Assembly: GCF_009914755.1 (NCBI RefSeq)
Contig: NC_060943.1
DNA: 64,000 bases
Source of the DNA: the human T2T-CHM13v2.0 reference genome, Homo sapiens
Direction: 5' to 3' (one strand)
The notes beneath the pieces were generated by a model. It was not told where the DNA came from, made no database searches, and saw only the letters and a list, made by a program, of their open reading frames with translations. This document shows positions 47,302 to 64,000 of the stretch, one piece after another. Made by a program: the position numbers and the translations under genes. Numbering within the stretch: position 1 is the first letter of the stretch; each line of letters begins with the position of its first letter.

Positions 47302-47733
47302 TGTCAGGCCTCTGAGCCCAAGCTAAGCCATTGTAACCCCTATGACCTGCTCGTATACATCCAGATGGCCTGAAGCAACTGAAGATCCACAAAAAAAGTG
47401 AAAATAGCCTTAACTGATGACATTCCACCATTGTGATTTGTTGCGGCCCCACCCTAACTGATCAATGTACTTTGTAATCTCCCCCACCCTTAAGAAGGTT
47501 CTTTGTAATTCTCCCCACTCTCAAGAATGTACTTTGTGAGATCCACCCCTGCCCCCAACACATTGCTCCTAACTCCACCGCCTCTCCCAAAACCTATAAG
47601 AACCAATGATAATCCCACCACCCTTTGCTGACTCCTTTTTCCCACTCAGCCCGCCTGCACCCAGGTGAAATAAACAGCCTTGTTGCTCACACAAAGCCTG
47701 TTTGGTGGCCTCTTCACACGGACACGTGAGACA
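47302..47733 (+). mobile_element. HERV-H solo LTR (LTR7B-like) inserted into an antisense Alu
   Basis: TGTCAGGCCTCTGAGCCCAAGCTAAGCC...AATAAACAGCCTTGTTGCTCACACAAAGCCTGTTTGGTGG...GAGACA; 5-bp flanks CTTCC/CTGCC; the Alu resumes after it. Confidence 0.9.
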
Positions 47734-47991
47734 CTGCCTTGGCCTTCCAAGGTGCTGGGATTATAGGTGTGAGCCACTGCGCCTGGCCAGCAAATGATTT
47801 TTTATTTACTCGCATAGTATAGCTCCAATAGGAAAGTAATTTGGCTTAGCACTCTTTACAGCTCCAGCACAATCTTGAAGGCATCCTAAGGTTTCTCTGA
47901 CCCACACCTAACAGTGGCTTTAAAAAACGGCCGGCCGCGGTGGCTCACGCCTGTAATCCCAGCACTTTGGGAGGCCGAGTTGGGCAGATCA

Positions 47992-48389
<398 letters not shown>

Positions 48390-48785
48390 TAGCTGAGATT
48401 ACAGGTGTGCACCACCACCCTCAGCAAATTTTTGTATTATTGGTAGGGACAGGGTTTCACCATGTTGGCCAGGCTGATCGCAAGCTCCTGACCTCAGGTG
48501 ATCCACTCGCCTCGGCCTCCCAAAGTGTTGGGATTACAGGCGTGAGCCACCACGCCTGGCCCCTATGCTTCTTTTTTCTTTTTTATTTTTTTGAGACGGA
48601 GTTTCGCTCTTGTTGCCCAGGCTGGAGTGTAATGGTGCGATCTCCGGCTCACCGCAACCTCTGCCTCCCAGGTTCAAGGGATTCTCTTGCCTCAGCCTCC
48701 TGAGTAGCTGGGATTACAGGCATGTGCCAACACACCTGGCTAATTTTGTATTTTTAGTAGAGACGGGGTTTCTCCATGTTGGTCA

Positions 48786-49013
<228 letters not shown>

Positions 49014-49705
49014 TCACTGAAGACCAGGTGTTTAAGGCTGCCCTGGCCAACATGGCGAAACCCCTGTCTTTACTAAAAATACAAAAAGTAGCTGGGCATG
49101 ATGGTGCGCACACTTGCAGTCCCAGCTACTCAGGAGGCTGAGGCATGAGAATCACTTGAACCCAGAAGGCAGAGGTTACAGTGAGCTGAGATTGTACCAC
49201 TGCACTCCAGCCTGGGTGACAGAGAGACCCTCTCTCCAAAAAGAAAAAAAAAAAATTGATCTCTCTTTCTGAGGTCCATAAAACCAGGAAAAGGCCTGCC
49301 TCCTTGTTGGTGTGATCTGCCTGTCATCTGGGGCTGGGGCAACGTTTCCACCCTCTCTGTGAGCCTCGAGAAATTGTTGACATACACCCCAGCTCCTCAT
49401 CCTCCCCGAGGGGACAGAGAGGGCCCACTCTGCCTATTATTAATAATAATAGTGCTGTGTAGACCAGATCTATGGCCAGATCTTGTTTTCAAGTGCTTGC
49501 TGTGTCAGCTTGTGTGTGTGTGTGTGTGTATATATATGTGTGTGTGTATATATATATGTGTGTATATATATATGTGTGTGTATATATATATAATTATTTT
49601 TTTAGGTGGAGTCTCACTCTGTCTCCCAGGCTGCAGTGCAGTGGCCCTATCTCAGCTTATTGCAACCTCCACCTTGGCCTCCCAGTGCTGGGATTACAGG
49701 CATGA

Positions 49706-49978
<273 letters not shown>

Positions 49979-50734
49979 TGAGCCATGGCACCTGGCCAGC
50001 TTGTTTATATTTTTAGCTGATGAAACCACAACCTAGGAGGTAGTTGCTGTTCTATGCCTATTCTACAGATGAGAAAATGGAGGCCTAAGGAAGTTGAGTA
50101 TCTCACCTGACTGTCCCATACTGTTGAGGCTGGGAATAGAGTCAAAAGAGCCCCGCATTCCAGGTCCAAAGACCCTGCTCTTTATCGCTACAGGATGTTG
50201 GAGTTACTTTGTTATTTGACTTTTTTTGTTTTGTTTTTTGTTTTGAGGCAGAGTCTTGCTCTGTCACCCAGGCTGGAGTGCAGTGGCATGATCTTGGCTC
50301 ACTACAACCTCTGCCTCTGGGTTCAAGTGATTCTCCTGCCTCAGCCTCCTGAGTACCTGGGATTACAGATGCACACTACCACACCCGGCTCATTTTTGTA
50401 CTTCTAGTAGAGACGGGGTTTCACCATGTTGGCCATCACACCAGGCTAGTCTCAAACTCCTCACCTCAGGTGATCTGCCCACCTTGGCCTCCCAAATTAC
50501 TGGGATTACAGACGTGAGCCACCATGCCCATCCAGTTATTTGATCTTAAAAAAAAAAAAAGAGGCGGGGTACAGTGGCTCATGCCTGTAATCCAAGCACT
50601 TCGGGAGGCCAAGGTACGTGGATTGCTTGAGCCCAGGAGTTTGAGACCAGCCTGCCCAACATGGTGAAACCCCGTCTGTACTGAAAATACAAGAATTAGC
50701 CGGGCATGATGGCAGGTGCCTGTAATCCTAGCTA

Positions 50735-50824
<90 letters not shown>

Positions 50825-51507
50825 TCAGAGCGAGACTCTGTGTCAAAAGAAAAAAAAAACAAAAAAACCCAAAAGGCTGGCAATCCAGTGAGTTGTCTTT
50901 CAGGAGGAAAATGTTGCTGGTGTTGAGGCAGCCGTGTGACTGTCACGTGCTCCGTGGCCTGGGCCTCTCCGTGTCATGTGTCTGCCCACCACGGTGCCCG
51001 GTGTTCCCGGCTGGCTCTGATGTGTGCTGTCAGCTTCCAGCATCGGAATGTATGCTGTCTTTGTGTACTTGGCCTGTGGGTCACTGGCCCTTTTCCCAAG
51101 GTCCTTGCCACCCCTTCTCCCCGGCCCCTCCTTCCACCTCCCCACCCAGACGGTAGAGTCTGATTTCCTTTTCCTCTGCCAGGGTGGAGCCCAGCCCTGG
51201 GCATTGACACAGCCAGCATGGGCCCTCTCCAGCTAGAGGCAGCGGGAGACAGAGGGTTGGAACGGTTACTGTTCTGAGACAGGGATGCTGAATGAGTCTT
51301 AAGAGAAGCCCTCCCAACTCCAGGGACACACACAAGCTCTGTGGAAGCCGTGCCTGGCACTGTTGGGACCAATTATGGGGTGGGGGGTGCTGGAAGGGGT
51401 GGGGAGGGGGACAATGGAGCATTCTCTGGCCTTGCTGGGCCTACTGCCACCAGATACCCCATGCAGTACATCCCGAAGAAGGCGTGTTCAGAATAGAAGG
51501 ATTTCCT

Positions 51508-52139
<632 letters not shown>

Positions 52140-52506
52140 TAGAAGGATTTCCTGGGAGATGGGGAGGGAGGAGTGTTGACATCAGCTAGGGCTGGGGCTG
52201 GAATGGGGAGGGGACACTTTCTGAACTCCTCTTCCCTACCCACCCCATTGCCTAGCAGTGAGGACCTCGTCTGGGCACCCGGTGCAGGTGTAGCTGGTGT
52301 GCAGTTGCTCTCACAGTTTAAGGAGGCCGGATGTGGCAGGCACATGGTCAGAAAGTGGGGCTGCAGGCTATCCATGGTCATCTTGGAGATTCTGGTCAGG
52401 GAGGAGCTGACCATGTCACCAGAGATGAAGGTGCCCCGCTGCTCGTAAACCATGACCCTGTAGATTTTACCGTTGAAGGCCAGCAAGCTCGGCTGCAGGT
52501 TCTGAT

Positions 52507-53849
<1,343 letters not shown>

Positions 53850-53889
53850 TGGACATGAATCATCTCTCCCAGGCTGATCTGCAGGGCTC

Positions 53890-54013
53890 TGTAACTGCCC
53901 AGTGGGTTCACTTTGTCCCCTGCCCAGATAGAATGGATGTATCAAGACAGGAGAATTGCAACAAAGAGTTTAATTCATGCAGAGCTGGATGAACGGGAGA
54001 CTGGAGTTTTATT
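53890..54013 (-). mobile_element. LTR8-family 3' end fragment
   Basis: TGTAACTGCCCAGTGGGTTCAC...GGGAGACTGGAGTTTTATT is the reverse complement of the LTR8 3' end as I recall it. Confidence 0.65.
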
Positions 54014-54423
54014 TTAATTAATTAATTAATTAATGTATTTATCCATCTATCTTGAGTTAAGTTCTTGCTCTGTTGCCCAGGCTGGAGTGCAGTGGCAGGA
54101 TGATAAGTTACTGCAGACTCCAACTCCCTGGCTCAAGTGATCCTCCCACCTCAGCCTCCTAGGTAGCGTGTGTGGCTTATGTCTGTGGTCCCGCTACTCT
54201 GGAGGCTGAGGCATGAGAATCACTTGAACCCAGGAGGTGGAGGTTGCAGCGAGCCGAGATTGTGCTACTGCACTCCAGCCTGAGTGAGACTCCTTTTTTT
54301 TTTTTAAATAAAAAAAAGAGAGAGAGAGAGAGCAGATGGGTGCAGTGGCTCACGCCTGTAATCCCAGCACTTTGGGAGGCCGAGGTGGGCGGTTCAGAAG
54401 GTCAGGAGATCGAGACCATCCTA

Positions 54424-55162
<739 letters not shown>

Positions 55163-55191
55163 AGACATAGCCAGACTATTATACATGGTTA

Positions 55192-55539
<348 letters not shown>

Positions 55540-55879
55540 CTACATACATGCAATCAAACATACACAGAGATATGCAATGTATCTGCACAGCCCTACAGAC
55601 AGACCTGGAGACACAACTCAAAAAAAAAAAAAAAAAAAAAAGCCAGCGCACAGACCCAGGGAGCTGACAACACACGGGCATACACGCTGGGTGCTTTGGA
55701 CACAAAAGCCACACCGTAGGGAGTTTTTTCTCTCATTCACTCAAACACACATTGACCCAGACGCCCCCACACAAGGACACACACGGATGGACATACACAC
55801 GACCGCAGTCCACAAGCCAGGGCAGACTGCCATCCCCCAAGTCCAGCGACCCTCAGATAAAGACAGACAAGCAGACTGA

Positions 55880-56494
<615 letters not shown>

Positions 56495-57214
56495 TGACCT
56501 CAGGTGATCCACCCGCCTCGGCCTCCAAAAGTGCTTGGATTACAGGCGTGAGCCACTGTGTCCAGCCGCATCCAACATCTTGGTGGTGCCGGAGTTCTGG
56601 TGACAGTGGAGTGGCTGGGGGGCATCCTGTGCCAGTCCCCAGGCCACTGGTGCTGAGAAAGGATTCCTGCTGGGGTGGGGCCATCACCCCACGTGGTGAC
56701 CTTTTCCACGTCAGGGGAGCAGAGGGCTTTGGGATGGGTTCACCCACTCAGACCAGGCCTCATGGAGGAAGGGTGGGGTGGAGAAACCAAGGCCTCCGTA
56801 GCTCCTGTTAGTGATTTAAGACACAGCCCCCACCCCACACCAGGGGCGTGGCAGGTCTGGGGTGGGGTCTTGGTGGATGTACATGCGGATTATGGGTGAG
56901 GGCAGAGCCTGCATGTTTGGAGGGCAGAACGAATGGGGCAAGGCCTAAAGGAATCAAAGGGCGGCTGCAAGTCCCAGCGAAATTGGTGAGGGATGAGCAT
57001 GGCTTGAAAACCTGGAGTGGGAAGAGGGTGCAGGACTCCGGAAGGGCAGAACCCAGAAAAGGGGCTAGGGGTTGAGACAGGACAAACCCTCAAAGGGGGA
57101 GAGGTGCCGAGCCTGAGGAGAGGGTGGTATGGACTAAGAAAAGCAGAAAAGTGCCAGGCGCGGTGGCTCACACCTGTAATCCCACAACTTTGGGAGGCCA
57201 AGGTGAGTGAATCA

Positions 57215-58600
<1,386 letters not shown>

Positions 58601-58900
58601 CCAGAGTGATTATTCCTCAGGGGAGGGAGGGGGAGGTCCCCAGAGGGAAGGGCCTGAGTTTCCTCTTGGGGGATGGATCCTAGGTGGTCTGAGGGGTGAG
58701 TCCTGGGTTCCCTGGCGGGAGTGGATCTTGGGTGGTCCTCTGTGGGTACAGGGTGGAACTTGGGTGTTCTGAGGGGTAGTCCCTGGGGACTCCTCTGGGA
58801 GCGGGGCAGACCTTGGATGGTCGTAGGATTGGACCTGGACCTCTGTGTGTGTGATTGTGCATGCCCATAACGTGTGTTCTTGCGTTATGTCTATGACTAG

Positions 58901-59636
<736 letters not shown>

Positions 59637-60149
59637 TAGTTACCCTGCTGGGATTCCCTTTCCAAAGCGGGTTGACTTCCCAGCACCGTGAGCTGCCTCT
59701 TCATGCTCTTGGAAGGGGTCGCTGGGTCTGCCCCAAGTCTGCCTGGGTCTTCCCCAACCCTGACTCCTCCTTCCACTGCCCTCAACAGGGAAACACCATT
59801 TCCTGCCTTTGATGTCACTAGGTACAAAAAGTTTCCTTCCTCCAAGTGGCTCTGGCCACTGGTTTCTTTCTGCGTGTGTGAAAGCTGGCCACGATTCTGT
59901 GCTTAATGTTAAAACAAAAAGAATAAAACAAAGCAAACAAAACGAACCCATGGAAAATGCAAGCATGCAAAATCATACACCATGAAACATCCACATCTTC
60001 TCACCCCAATACCCTCAATTTTTGCACATCTTTCTGAAATGTTTTATACAAACCTATTTCTGCTCTGAAACCCAAAGCGTGCATTCTGCACATAGCAGCC
60101 TGCACCTTGCTTTCGTTTCTTTTTTTCCTCACTTGGTTATTCTTTTAAA

Positions 60150-63480
<3,331 letters not shown>

Positions 63481-64000
63481 TGCACTTCACTCCACACTTT
63501 CCTTTCCTCTTTTCTTCAGTTCCATCTGGCCCCTAGCTCACTCCGTAGCTGTCTGACTCATGCAAATTGCTCCGCTCACACCACTAATGCTCTGTTAGGC
63601 TTCACTCTGCCCTGGGGTAGATAGAGGACCCAGGCCAGGTAAAAGTTAACCCTCGAAGAGGTCACTGGCTACATGATGGGAGACACACTACAAGGACCCT
63701 GAGAGGAGAAGATTGTTGCTGGGAAACAATCAAGGTGGACTTCCTGGGGGAGGAGTCTGTTCACTCAACCTCAGAGGCAGAAGAAGGAGGGCCCCCCTGG
63801 CACAGCCTGGGGTGCTGTCCCTTCCAACTACTTCCTGTGCAATCCCTCCCTCAAGGCCTGTGATGGTGAGGGTGGAGAGTGAGGCCCTTCCCCAGTGGGT
63901 GAGGAAAACCAGGGCCCACGCTTACTTCGAGGAGACAGCTGAGCACAGAGGTGTGACTCCAGCAAACGTGAGGTGCTAAGAGGGTGACGTTGAGTGCTCC

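Noticed and set aside
56570-57150. Unique sequence examined for PLPP exons 1-2
   Set aside because: No frame resembles the PF.RG..C.D.SI.YP motif.

Overview
Human genomic DNA that I recognise as the chr19p13.3 SLC25A23-CRB3-DENND1C-TUBB4A locus. It is GC-rich and very Alu-dense. It contains SLC25A23 exon 1 (minus), the complete CRB3 gene with both ERLI and CLPI tail isoforms (plus), DENND1C (minus, 23 coding exons, 801 aa reconstructed from splice sites) and TUBB4A (minus, 4 exons, 444 aa), followed by about 20 kb of apparently intergenic, repeat-rich DNA. The main finding is in that last region. Between about 51.4 and 53.9 kb on the minus strand lie two exons of a decayed, intron-containing PAP2/lipid phosphate phosphatase (PLPP1/2/3-like) gene. 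It has been split by a MER4A1-like LTR, by Alus and by an LTR8-like fragment, and it may be a lost paralogue (unitary pseudogene). Other observations: a dense CAGGTG E-box array upstream of CRB3, a palindromic poly(A) region where CRB3 and DENND1C converge, a duplicated DR1-rich TUBB4A 3'UTR, two Alus sharing private variants on either side of TUBB4A exon 4, a solo LTR7-type element, a truncated SVA and an orphan CpG island with an ETS/GC-box repeat and a CTCF motif. Repeat family names and reference protein sequences are recalled from memory, not searched.
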